Assembly (NCBI GenBank): GCA_013265495.1
Contig: MU058153.1
Location: 684,001 to 748,000 of the forward strand
Length of the DNA: 64,000 nucleotides
Reading direction: 5' to 3'
Source of the DNA: Vicugna vicugna
Taxonomy: Eukaryota
Part shown: positions 36,436-48,825 of the stretch, in pieces
How the letters are laid out: every line of letters begins with the position of its first letter
Position numbering within the stretch: position 1 is the first letter of the stretch
Made by a program: the position numbers and the translations under genes
The notes under the pieces: model-generated
Databases searched by the model: none
What the model was told of the DNA's origin: nothing
Seen by the model: only the letters and a program-made list of their open reading frames with translations

Positions 36436-38499
36436 GACAAGTGATCACTTCTCTTGAGTTGCAGAACTGTTTTTCAGATGTATTTCATGCATCAATAAAT
36501 AAAATGGATAAAAGTGGAGCTGCTGTGTTTGGTGTAGAAGGTAGGCAGGGGATCTCCAGGACTCATCTGGTCTACTACCCATTCCAAAGTGCCCCAGTTC
36601 CAATGCAGCAGCCCCTTAAGTTTTAAACTGAAGAGCTTAGTTTATAAACCACCCTTGTTAGACCTTCTCTGGGACTACCCTCTGCTTAGCAGGACCAAAT
36701 ATCTTAGCGATGTGTTGTTTCCAAGGCTACCTTGTTCACAGTTTAGGTCACTACAGAGTTTGGCTGTTATGATAGGAACTGGTGTGTCCTCTTTTGCATT
36801 TCTCTCCCATTTAGGGATGATCTGCAGGCTGAAAGACAGATGGACTTAGCTAAATTGGCTGCAGGATGGAAAGGACCATGTTTAATCAGGCAAAGAGACT
36901 TCTGCTATAATTGGTTAAGTCTAAGGCCAATAAAAGAACAAGAAAAGTTTTTCATGGCAAAAATAAAGTAGGGAACCCACAAGAGGCTCTTGGCACTCAA
37001 TGTAGATTATTTTATACTCAATGCAAGTTGTTAAAAAAACTGTGTGTCTAGGGAACTGTGGCTTAGCTATGTCTACCCTAATTTAAAATAAAAATAATGC
37101 ATGGGACAGAGTGCGAGCCAATTATCTTTGACATGAATTGGGCGCTATTAAGGTAAATTTCTACAGATTGCAGAATGAAAACTTTGCCCTTAAGGAAAAA
37201 AGAAATAGCTGGGGGAAAAAGAGGCCAGGGAGGGGTTAAGACAGCTTACAACAATCAATTATTAATACAGATGAGCCAAGGCCAGCTGGTGCTATCATAC
37301 TTCATCCTTCAAATTTCTCATTATTGGAATATACAACAGTACGTTACCGCACCAGTCCTTCCTTCGCCGTGGCAAGGAGCGTTAATTTCTGAGGCACCAA
37401 ACAAGTGACAGTGAGCTTCAGAGGGCTCAGTGCTAAATGATTGGATTGTAATTATTCTGAAAGGGCTTTCATCATCATTAACCCAACATTCTGCGGATGC
37501 AGCATGTTTGAAAATAAACTATGGTCAAACTGGAGTCACATCATTAGAAGCTTTAAACATCAAGCCTCTGGTTTGCTGATACATTTTTGTGTACGTGAGT
37601 GTAGATGAACACAAATGTACTCAGTCTAGTGTACATCATTTTAAAGCTGTTTAGCTGATGCATCTGCATTGGTGCAGACTAGGAAATCTGTGTGTACAGT
37701 TCTTAGGCCATGATAAATGCAGGGGAGGAGAACATTCTTCATTCATTCCTGCAACTTTAATATGTTAAGTGCCTGGCACTGTGCTCTTACAGCAGTAAGC
37801 AAGACGAGTAAAACCCTGCCCAAAGGCGTTCCCCGTCCACGGAGTTTTTCCAGTAAACGTTTGGATTCTCCTCTTGTTTACACCAAAAAGGACAAGCTAA
37901 TTGTCTGTTTGCTTTGCCAGTTTGCCTTAATTATAAGGCTTTCAAGGCCATTAGCAGATGAAGCTGTTTACATTTTTCAAGTAGGTTGGAATTTCACCTC
38001 TCTGGTCCTTCACCCCTCTTGCTCGCCACTGGGGCTCAGCTGGGAGAGCAAGAGGGCAGGACACCAGGATAAGTACTTAATCCCCATCACTTTCTGCATT
38101 AAACAAAAAGATAAAGCAAGTGCTCTTGAGAAAGTGTCAGTTGCATTGCATCGCATCACACAGATAGTTCTCAGTGTCATTTTTTACAAGTATGCATGAC
38201 ACATGGATGATGCATGGATGACTGTCAGATTCCTGTTCCTTGCCGTCTAATTATCCAACAATAGGACAATGCACACAGGAACTGGTGAACTGTAGCACTG
38301 GCTAAATTATCATGAAGAGACCCAGTGAGTGAGGCCAGCATTAAATACTAGATCCTTTCCAAGAAGGGGCGTGTCAATGTGGAGACATGGAACTGGTTCA
38401 TGACATTAGGAAAGTGTAATGGAAATGAGCTAGGTAGAATTGAAATAGGTTGAAGTTTGGGGAAAAACTAACTATTATCCTATTAATTTATTTCCTAGT

Positions 38500-38955
38500 T
38501 CCCACTTTACTTTTGTCTTCAACACCACCACCCTGCTTTCATTCTCTTCTCATTCTAATTTCATAATATTCCTTGTGTCCATCCCTTCGTCTTTATCCCT
38601 CTACCACCATCTTGGTACAGGTCATGATCTTTGTTAGAGCTGCCTCCTAGTGGGCTTCTTTTCCTTTATTCTTTATATCCTTGACCTTTCTGCTGTGATC
38701 TTAATATTACAGCCACATTTTTTAAAACATGTAAACAAAATCACATCAGTCTTCCATTTAAACCTTCCCATTGCACGTAAATCCAATCTGCTTATCATGG
38801 CTGGCAGACATCACATGATCTCATCCCCTAGCAGGCTGTCCAGACACAGTTTTGTCACTTACCCCTTCCTCCATACATCCTAGTCCCACTGGCCTTCTCT
38901 TTATTCCTGTAACTCACTAGGTCCTTCCCATATCAGAACCTTTGTCTTTGCTGGA
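38500..38955 (+). mobile_element. L2 LINE 3' portion
   Basis: ctctaccaccatcttggtacaggtcatgatct...gctgcctcctagtgggctt...cttccatttaaaccttcccattgcac...cccactggccttctctttattcc...cagaacctttgtctttgctg. Confidence 0.8.
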
Positions 38956-39154
38956 TAGTATTAAATTTGTAATGCTGTATGTAAAATGATACTTAAATAC
39001 ATCATGGGAGTCAGAATGCTTGAGTGTATTTTGAAATTATTGGACAGGTGAAAATTGCATCTATATTGTACCCCAGGGGAATTTTTGAAGACATGATAAA
39101 TGACTCAGCTAGATTACCCAACTTCTAATCACAAATTCTAGAGATCCTTGCAGG

Positions 39155-39312
39155 ATGCTTTTACTTTCATAGTATTTTCAACCATGACATAGGTTATTAT
39201 TATCAAGAGTGTACAGATGAGAAAACTGGTCCAGAAAGATGAAGTTGCTTATCCATGATCATACCCCTAAGGCACTGGCAGAGTCAGACTTGGAACTTGG
39301 GTTTTCTGACGT
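39155..39312 (-). mobile_element. MIR SINE
   Basis: ataggttattattatc...tacagatgagaaaactggtccagaaagatgaagttgcttatccatgatcatac...ggcagagtcagacttggaact. Confidence 0.8.
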
Positions 39313-41332
39313 GATTATTTCTTCCTTGAGTTCATACTACATATACTGAAGAAAACTATTAGTTTTTATGCTGAAATTACAGAGATACTCTACTTCTGAT
39401 GTCTCTAATAAAAATTCCCCTCTAACATCGCATGGTTTCAGGTCTTTTTACCATACTGTAAGGTTGGGTAAATGAACACAGCCAGGATCCCTTTAGTAGT
39501 TGCTTTTACCTAGTAACTGTGATTGTTGTGAGTCATGTGGGGCATGTAAACGGTATCAGTTGGCCTTTTATTCTCTATCGGATGCTATTTCAATCTCTTT
39601 GGTCTATGAGTGTTACTGCTTTAAACACGGATTTTCAACGTGACTCATTAAGTGGTTATATTATCCTAAAATACTTGAAGAATACATCAGAGGTAAGTGT
39701 TAAGCAGTTGGGACTATGAACTGGGATCCCAGATAGTTCCACTTATACTGAAATCATCACTGTAAACTCCTTTGACACGTTCTAATAGCAGCTAGATGCT
39801 TTTTCAGGTAATAACTCAAAGGAAAAGAATATTTAAGTAAAAGCTTTCTTTTTCCCTTAAAAGAAATTCATTAGCATATGCTAGATGAGCTAGTCTTCAG
39901 GCTAGATAAAAATCTAATACAACTAAACTTGCACTTGAACATTAGCGAAGTGGCAAAATGATAGTGATTGGTTAGTATTATGTATTTACCTCAGATGATC
40001 TTGGAGGATGAGGGAAGGGATTGGATTGCGATAGCTCATTAGCAAGTTACAGCTCAAGAAGCCGTGCTGTGGGTATTGCGAGTTGACTCTGTTTTGTTCT
40101 ACTACTAATTTACTATAATACTCTGAGGGTATCCATTAAGGCCAGGAATTGATCCTCAGCATTGAATTGATAAGCTAGATGTCTCTTTCTAACTCATTAA
40201 GTTAATATCAAGAATACTTTCCAAAATGAGCCCAGCAGAGCGGGAAGATCCTATACGACAGCAATTGGTTCTTGAGTGTTGGGGAATTTATTCTCCCAAG
40301 GCTATTTACTGAGACCAGTTATGGTTCAGAGAAACAGGTGAACGTTGAGAATACAGATTTTTGTGCCTTTGACTTTTCTTTTTCGGGAGATCTAGTTCTT
40401 TTGGAGATCACTCTTTCAGTATGCATCAGATTTCCCTTCCTCCAAATTCAGTGTTTATAAAAAGAATCCCTAAAAAAATCTAAAGCCCATTTTGACAAGG
40501 TTGCATGTGTATGGCTGAGGCGGAGGAAATAAGGGTAGAAATCTAAAGAATCACACCAGTGGAAAGCAGAAGATATAATGTCTTGCTTTTCATATGGTTA
40601 AACCAAAGAGGAAAACTTTTAAACGGAAAGGGGAAGTTACCTCACTTATTTAATAAGGAAACGGCTCATTCTGTAGCTGTAAATATTTTATAGATTTTTT
40701 AGTGACCAAGATTCCTAAAATTTCTCCCAGTGATGAGGGCTGATAACTGAGTCTGAAAGAGATCCTGTCTCTTTGGGGATTACCAGCTCATGAGGATGTT
40801 GAGCTGAGGTCTAACCATCATTTTTTCTCATCACCTCTGAGTTAATCAAATTGGAAGTTGACTATGGAACCCTTTTCTTGGCTCTTTGCAGTAGGCATGT
40901 TCTGATAGCTCAAGCTGTCTACATTAAGGATAATAATTAGTCGTTGGATGAGGGAACTGTACATGGTCAATGTTCCTGTGGAATATGGAGAAAATTGTGA
41001 TACGATGCTGTAAGACACCAGCTCAGCCCTTGAATGACTTTAGTCAGGTCATCAGTGCTGGGCAGTCATTTTGAAGGCTTCAAAGATGACATAGTGAATC
41101 AATCTCTCATACACCTATATCGGCACGTACACACATCTCAAGTCAAATTTTACTCCTGACTCCTTTGAAAAGGGAAGGCAGAAGCAGATGATCTCCCATC
41201 CTAATTTGTTTAAATGGAGAGTAGTCTTTTTCGGCTGGCACATCTCTGGATTTAAACATCTTTTCTCTAGAGGTGGGGACAAAACAGCACTTTTATACAT
41301 GAAGTCTATGAAATTTTAAAAATGCTTTTTGT

Positions 41333-41485
41333 GATCCAGCAATCCCACTCCTAGGTATATATCCAGAGAAATCTCTAACTTGAAAAGATACATCCACCCT
41401 GATGTTCAAAGCAGCACTATATACAATAAGCAAGACATGGAAGCAACCTAAGTGTCCATCAACAGATGACTGGATAAAGAAGTTG

Positions 41486-41530
<45 letters not shown>

Positions 41531-41994
41531 CAATGGAGTATTACTCAGCCATAAAAAAGAATTAAATAATGCAATTTGCAGCAACATGGATAGACTAGAG
41601 GTTATCATTCTAGGTGAAATAAGCCAGAAAGAAAAATAAAAATACAATGTGATATCACTGAGTTGTGGAATCTAAAATAAATATGTAAATGAACTTATTT
41701 ACAGACTCAAAATAGACTCACAGACATAAAGAACATACTATGGTTAATAAAGGGGAAAGGGGTGGGGGGAGGGATAAATCAGGTGTTTGGGATTAAAAGA
41801 TATACACTACTATACATAAAATAGATAAACAAGAATCTACTGTATAGCACAGGAAACTATTCAATATCTTGTAATAACCTATAATGGAAAAGAATCTGAA
41901 AATGAATATGTATATATGTATATATTTATAATGTATCATTGAATCACTGTTATACACCTAATACAACATTGTGAATCAACTATACTTCAATTAA
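41333..41994 (+). mobile_element. Relatively young cetartiodactyl/camelid LINE-1, 5'-truncated (end of ORF2 plus complete 3'UTR)
   Basis: gatccagcaatcccactcctaggtatatatccagag...gcaacctaagtgtccatcaacagatgactggataaagaag...G-rich tract...tgtatagcacagg...caactatacttcaatt; 15-bp TSD AAAA[A/T]TGCTTTTTGT at 41318-41332 and 41995-42009; TTTT/AAAA endonuclease site. Confidence 0.95.
41488..41527. repeat. (GT)6(AT)14 microsatellite inside the L1
   Basis: Directly visible. Confidence 0.95.
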
Positions 41995-42154
41995 AAAATT
42001 GCTTTTTGTTGGCACAGCTGTTAACATTGTTATTTTGGCTTCTCTCAAAAACTACCTTACTTGATGCCAACAATCACCTGGTGGCAAGTTGGATTAAGTT
42101 CATTTTACTTGGTAAAATTAGTAAATCATGACACCTTGATCATTAGCGTCACAA

Positions 42155-42605
42155 CTTGGCCGCTTTCTCCTCTTCTGAGGTTATTTCCTGCTCTCCTCCT
42201 GCTCAGGCTCCAATCACACTGATCTTACAGCTTCTTTCCCATCTCAGGAGGTTTGCGTGCACTTTTAGATCTCTTCACAGCATTCTTTCATGCTTCCCTT
42301 CTGCCTGGTTGACCCTTACTCAACTCTTAGCTTTCCATGTGGTGTTATTTCCTCGAGGAAGCTTTTCCTGTCTCCCCCACCTCCCTGACTCGATTTCCTG
42401 TCCTGTGTAGATATGCTTGTCCCACAGCAGCCCAAGCTCTTCCTATACAGCTCCTACCACAGTTACTCATTTAATTCACTGTTTAATGTTTCTCTTCTTC
42501 ATTGACTGTGATATCCAGGAGGGAAGAATTGTGTTACTAACAGCACCTACCATTGCCAAAGATGTAGTAGGTGCTCAGTAAATAATTGTTCAGTGGATGA
42601 ATGGT
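42155..42605 (+). mobile_element. L2 LINE 3' end
   Basis: tttcctcgaggaagcttttcctg...cattgactgtgatatccaggagggaagaattgtg...gtagtaggtgctcagtaaataattgttcagtggatgaatg. Confidence 0.85.
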
Positions 42606-43049
42606 ATCTATGCCTGAAGTTAATTAATGCCACAATTGTGACTGGAGCATAGTTCCTTAGATCTCAAAAGTCATATTCATGGTGCATTGCAGGACACTGT
42701 TGCATGCCTGTTACTTGGCAATGATTTCCTACCTGTGGGAACAAAAAAAAATGGTTTGCAGTTGTTGCAAAAAATGATTTTAAATGAAGAAGAGACCAAG
42801 TGAATGTGAAGAAAGAGGCAGAAGAGAAGGAGATCTAAATGTTCGGAAAGTAAAGGGATGTGAAACTATTGTTAGGGGTAAACCAGATAGTTAATGAAGA
42901 AGAAATGAGAAAATTACTAAAAGCAACCACAGTCCAATTGGCAATTAAATGTGAGAGCAAGTGTCGTGCTTCACATCCAGGCAGAAGTCTTATAAACCAG
43001 TACTTACAACCCTCCCTACTGCTGCATTGATCCAGGGATCACTGAGGTT

Positions 43050-43210
43050 CCATCAGCCTGGATTCTTGAGCACTGGTGACCAGCAGAGCACCCCTGCTGA
43101 CCCACAGTAGACATGCAGTGTGCATGCCAAATAACATTTTATTTGGTTAAGCCACTGATATTTGGGGATTGTTTGTTCCCACAAAATAATCTGGACTCTT
43201 GGGAATGACA
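43050..43210 (+). mobile_element. MLT1 (J/K-like) LTR 3' fragment
   Basis: agcagagcacccctgctgacccacagtagacatgcagtgtg...ttggttaagccactgatatttggggattgtttgtt. Confidence 0.8.
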
Positions 43211-43238
43211 AAAGAGAAGATGTATGATATAATGAAAT

Positions 43239-43384
43239 TTTTTTAACACTTTACTTTTTTTTTTGGTAGGGGTAATTAGGTTTATTTATTCATTTAAATT
43301 ATATTTATTTATTTATTTATTTAAATGAAGGTACTGGGGATTGAACCCAGGATAAGCTCCTACCACTGAGCTATACCCTCCCCC
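43239..43384 (-). mobile_element. tRNA-derived SINE of the camelid Vic-1 type, with an internal deletion between the A and B boxes
   Basis: Minus strand reads GGGGGAGGGTATAGCTCAGTGGTAGGAGCTTATCCTGGGTTCAATCCCCAGTACC-(TAAA)n-CCTAATTACCCC-polyA; A box at 43363-43373, B box at 43338-43347; TGAAAT repeated on both flanks. Confidence 0.88.
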
Positions 43385-43975
43385 TGAAATGGGTTTTTTG
43401 AAAGGCAACTTAAGCTGTAGTGAGAAAATGAGATGGAATAAGAAAAGCCAGACACCTGCAGATGAGTTTGAGGTTGTTGTAATTTAAGTGAGAGAAGTTG
43501 CAGGAATCGTACATATTTTACAAATATCAGGTAGAAGAATGGTGGCTAGGAGCAGGACCTCGGGTATCCATAGTGGGAATAGAAAAAAATGGGCAGTTCG
43601 TAGTATATATTGGGCAGTAGAACCAAGGGAATTTAGTGACTGATAAGGTATAAGAATGTGAAAGAAGTAGAAAACATTAATGAGATTCTCAAATTCTGGC
43701 TTGTTTAACTACATGAACTCAGCAGGATACAGAATACTGACGAGAGAATATAGTCTACAGGACTGTGAGAGATAATCAGTTCAGGTTTAGATACGTTGGG
43801 TTTGAGATGCCTGCCCCAAATCCAGGTCTAAGTATAGGTAGACAGTTGTTTAGAACTGGAGCTCAGGAGTGGGAGATGTAAACCCAATATATATAGATCT
43901 GTGAAGCGTTGCGATTGAGATAATAATTCAAGCTATTGTTGTAGATGAGATCACCCTGGGAGTGTGTATTTTATG
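43385..43975 (-). mobile_element. L2 LINE internal remnant (host of the SINE)
   Basis: cagtagaaccaagggaatttagtgactgat...cagttcaggtttagatacgttgggtttgagatgcctg...ctggagctcaggag...tagatgagatcaccctgggagtgtgt. Confidence 0.8.
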
Positions 43976-45519
43976 ACAGAATGCGGGTGGGCATATCAGA
44001 GAATAGCCTTGTTTGGTTGGTTAAAAAAATGCATTATGACTGAAAACTACATAATCTTGAAAAGCAAAGTCGATAAAAAATTACCCAACGTAGATTTGAT
44101 TCCGGATAACCACTCTGAATTGAAGAGTCCAAAATAATACCTACACTTTGATTTACTATTCTTCTTACACCAATAACTAGACCAGTTATACAAGAAATTA
44201 TATATTCAATCTCCAGGGCTAAAAAAAAAAACCTTAATGATCTACTACTTTTAACCTCTGTGATTTCTACATGAGAATGTATTTGCATTTTTATTTTAGC
44301 CTGTCATTTGAATCAGTAGCTAGGAAATAAAGTCTAGAATTTTAGCTGGAGATAAATTGTTATTCCCATTTAATTATTTTGAAGAGACCTTAAGTGATAA
44401 GCTTATCTAGACTGCATAACTCATACACAAATTACTTGATAAGCTTGGTCCAAAATAAGCTCAATTATGATGTTGCTATTATGCTAAGTTTATTTGCCTG
44501 CTCTTTCAGAATCATTTTGTGTGTATGTGCCTACCATAAGGACAGCAAAATAGTCAATTTGATTTTGTCATCTGTTGTGTAATAAATTATTTTGATGTGA
44601 TGCCCAGGTATCATATAGTTTAAAAATGAAAGTTCAGTTATCATAACACATAATTTATATTCATTTGGGCATGCAAACGTTTATGATAACAGAGAAAGAT
44701 TTACCTGAAAAATACGAATTTTAAAATTTGGACATTTTCTGAGAATAGACTTCCCTTATATTATTTGTTTATATCAGTTTGGCTTATTTCATGAGACTAC
44801 GGAAAAGTCCTCTGGCGTAGTTACCAAATAAAAATAAGCATTCAACATGAGGCCACGCACTGAAGTTGGAGAGAGACACTAATTCTGTCTTGAGAACGCA
44901 GGAGGTTGACTGCTACAGAGTGATTTTCAACTTGGGTTTCGAAGGATGAGTGTGAGCTACCTAGACTAACAAGGTAACGCAATCAGGTAGAAATTTCAGG
45001 TCAAAGGCAGCATGTGCCGCAGATCTAGAATAGAATGTGGTTGATCCGTTTCAGGGCCTGCAAAGTGCCATCCCATAAAGCTGGCGGGTAGAGCAAATGC
45101 AGAAGAGCAGTAATTGGTGAGGTGGCATGTGAATGTTCACCAAATTTCAGGTTAGCTTTCACTTAAATTTAAATTGATCCCTTCGCTTCAGAGACAGGAT
45201 CGCGGAATTGGTGGTTTTGAAACCCATAGCCTCTACATTTCAAATTAATCATGGTCTCTAGTCTAGAAAGAGCTATGAGTCAATCTTATATAGTCGTCAC
45301 ACAGTAAACGGGAAGCTTCTTTATCATTCCCCATTAGTTTGCATTTTCAACATTTCTCATAGAAGGAGCTGATCTTCCCAACTGCCCCATTAGCTCATTT
45401 AAAATCAATTTAAGATGGTGCCTGGGAAACTGGGTTCCGCTCTGGAGGAGAACCACATATATTTCACGTATGTCAGAGGGTAGAGTGCTTTCTTACAAAA
45501 CCCACTGGAACTGCATCCC

Positions 45520-45675
45520 TAATGTCTGGCTTCTGCCACTAACCAGCTGGGGGAACCTGGGTTTCTGGACCTAAGTCAGCATCTCAGCCTCAGTCTCTTC
45601 ATTTCTCAAATGGAGAAGTTGAAAGAAACCATCACTAGGGCCCCTTCAGCTTCTGTATTGTGCAATTTTATGATT
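45520..45675 (+). mobile_element. MIR3/MIRc-type SINE remnant
   Basis: ctggcttctgccactaaccagctg...agcctcagtctcttcatttctcaaatggagaagttg...ggccccttcagcttctgtattgtgcaattttatgatt. Confidence 0.8.
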
Positions 45676-47884
45676 TTACTTTCCTGAAGATTCTTGATTC
45701 TCTTGGACTATGATGCACAAGGATAGAAATGATCCCTCCACTGAATCCATCACTTTTCAGTCTGCATCTTGTGTGAGGTTCAAGGAATGCAATATTGAGG
45801 GAAAACAAAATAAAACAAAAAGAAAGTGGAATTAGATTTTATAGGCAGGAAGCTTATATCCTGATTGAAGGAGAGAGATTTTAATGAGATGAACACAGAA
45901 ATAATCTGTGGGTGGAAAGCAAATGGGATAGAGCTAGGAAAGAATTTAAAAAAAAAAGCACCTGCAGGGACTGCATGAGCACACAACAGAAAGAATCTGA
46001 CATGTGGACACAGGGACGAGGGATGGATGAGCTGGGCACTGAGCCTTGTTAGGGAGAGATTCTCTGGAGAAGTGACCTTTGGAAGAAGGAGATGATCTTG
46101 AGCCTTTTCAGAATGGCTTTGTGGTTGTGGTCAGTCCTGGGGAATCAGCAACTTCCTCAGAAGCATATGGCCTTGTGGTATACAAAGGTCAGGAAAGCAA
46201 ACTACAGAGCCATATTTTATGAGTTTGCTAGAGTTGTAGGCACAATTCAAGATATGGGAGAGATTTTATTTCAGATCATGAAATTTGATTTGATGGCATT
46301 CAGACTTTTATGATTAAGAACATGAATGCAAAATTGCTTTTTTTATAGCTTGGCACATCGTGGATTCCTCCAAATTATGTTTCCAGATAGCAGGTAAGGT
46401 TGTGCATCAGGTCCCCCCTCCCTTATTAACACCAGGCTAATCTGAGTCATCGCACAATAATTACACTTGTTCACGTCTTGTCTCAGTTGATGCTCTTTCA
46501 GCGTCTGCCTTCTGCCTGTGTGGCAGGTCTGGACGAGTTTTAGGCAGTAACTGCAGTTTGTTGTACCTGAGGAGAGTCAGAATTGGGCATAATGGGATGC
46601 CCGGTACCTGGGCCTGGTGGTCATTCACTGCTTTGCGTAGTGACATAAATGACAACAGAAATGCTGCACATAGGTGGCCTTTCAGCCTACCTGTGATAAT
46701 CAAGACTGGAATCCTCTAGACTAGGTCACCTGCTAATGGTAATTAAGTAAAGCCAGCAGCTTAAGACTTAATGAAGAATATTTTCTTGCAGTTGCATTTA
46801 GAACATTCTGTGGTGTGGAGTTTGACTGACTTACAGGTTATGCAAATTAAAATATCTAGTATATAAATGGATATGGAAATTAAGTTGAAAAGCTGAGACT
46901 TGCTGTCAGTTAAGGAGTCAGTCATGTACATGGTATTTGAAGCTATGAGGATGGTTCCGATCACCCAGGTAAAGTGTATTCTTCATCATACTCATTTCAG
47001 AAATGAGCCCACTTTTGGGTAGGTGTATATATTTTTCATGGGACAGAATTACCTCATATTAAATTAAGAGAAAAGTGTCTTCTATCTGACCATTTATGAA
47101 TTAACTAAAAAAAGTTCTCAAATGTAATTATTGACCTATTTTCCATTAAATACCTAACCATGATTTTCCTATATTCACTTTAAGATGGAATTGAAAGGAG
47201 AGCAGTTAAGTATGTAGTATTTTCTTACTTTTGTCATATAAAAAGTATAAAACATACTACTTTTCAGTTGTTGTCTGGGTCGTGTGAAGGCAATAGTCTT
47301 GTCCTATTTATTGCCATCACTTCAGTGCTTTTAGTGTTGAATATAATTTAAATGTAAAAAAATCATGCCAAAGGATTTTTTTCACCATGACATATAATGG
47401 ACCAAATTGAATCATGCAAATAAAATATTATACAGCCAAATATTCTAACTAGAGAGTCTTCCTCAAATTCTCTTACAATGAAAGCCCTTAGTATTTGTTT
47501 ATATTCTGTGTTTATCGGCAGGGTATGTCATAGATTTACCACGTGGAGCAAATATGTGATTGGATGACTGAATTCTAGCACGAGCCCCTGGTATTTTAGG
47601 GTACCAGTGGGCTCCTATGGATTGGTATGCAGTTACATGTGGATGAACTAAATTAACTAGTCCTGGGATAAAACTCTTTGAAGAAAAGATAGACTCACTT
47701 AACAGTTATCTAGGCTGTGTTTTAACTTGAGAATTTTCTTTTTAATTGCTTGCCCTCAACTCTGGAAAGACCTTAAAGAATTAAGGGAAAATAGCATAAG
47801 GGATACATTGAAAAATTGTATATTCTCTTTTCATCTGGAGATTCTTATAAGAATATTTATACGCAGGGCTTGGAAAACTTTTGA

Positions 47885-48095
47885 GGGAGGTTTAAGAACT
47901 CCAAGACAATCTAGGTTTGAGTTTTAGCTTTGATTCGTACATTCTGTGTAACTCTGAGCAAGTTAGCTAATATCTCAGAGTTCATTTTCTTGTTTGTAAA
48001 ACAGACATAACGTAACTATTTCAAGAAGTCCTCGTGGGGTATGATCACGTATGTGAAGCACTGACATAGAGCGTTGTTGTGTGGAGCAGGTACTC
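47885..48095 (+). mobile_element. MIR SINE
   Basis: ctaggtttgagttttagctttg...ctgtgtaactctgagcaagttagctaatatctcagagttcattttcttgtttgtaaaa...gtatgtgaagcact. Confidence 0.8.
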
Positions 48096-48210
48096 TGTCT
48101 CATTTCTGCTCCAGCAGTGGTCTGGGATTTGTAGTGATGAAAGAAATGATTTAACTTGTATGATAGCCATTGGCTTTTTGGTCTAAACTGAGATTTCCCC
48201 GTTTAGACAC

Positions 48211-48224
48211 CTGCTAGAGGGCAT
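48211..48224 (+). promoter_or_regulatory. CTCF-like core motif
   Basis: CTGCTAGAGGGCAT keeps the central CTAGAGGGCA; three positions deviate from CCASYAGRKGGCRS. Confidence 0.4.
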
Positions 48225-48606
48225 TTCTGCCAATGGTTTCTCTATGAACTACCCCACGGAACAGTAGCCGATTGAAAATAAATCTTTGTGATTTTCTTAG
48301 ACATTTCAATTCTGAAACTACACAACTGAGATGTGTAATTGAACATTCCCTCAGTCTTCTAAGCACTTTAGATTTGGATTCATGTATTTCTGGGTCAAAT
48401 GGCAGCCAATGGCGAGGGCGTATCCTCCTTCATCCTACATTAGTCGTTTGATTGATGATGGTCCCCAAAGTCAAAGTTATGATGAACTTGATGTTGGAGA
48501 CTGGAAATAATTCTTAGATGGCAGCTTTCCTCTTGCAACAAACTGAGCATGTCCACTGCATACATTCAGCCATAAGCACTAAAAGATGGAGAAAAACAGC
48601 TTCACT

Positions 48607-48825
48607 TAATGATGGAGAGCCTAGATTTGGGAACCAGGCATCTGGGTTGATTCTGGACTTCACTGTTTATCAGATGTAAGCTGTTAGCCAAGTTACTTAA
48701 ACTCTCTGTGCTTTTAACATCTGTTTTTTTTTTTTTAAAGATAGAATTGTGTAGAGTAAATTAGTAAAACTATGTGGAGACCTTACAGCAGTACCTGGCA
48801 TATAGGTAATAAGTAGATGCTAGTG
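48607..48825 (+). mobile_element. MIR SINE
   Basis: agatttgggaaccaggcatctgggttgattctgg...ccaagttacttaaactctctgtgct...cagtacctggcatatagg. Confidence 0.8.

Noticed and set aside
37717..38199. Longest ORF in the track (160 aa)
   Set aside because: It starts inside a short L2-like remnant, has no recognisable domain and no exon context, and its length is compatible with chance.
42074..42087. TCACCTGGTGGCAA as a CTCF site
   Set aside because: It has three mismatches including the core A; too weak without other evidence.
43330..43384. tRNA-like A and B boxes as a tRNA gene
   Set aside because: There is no anticodon arm or cloverleaf, and a SINE tail follows; it is a SINE.
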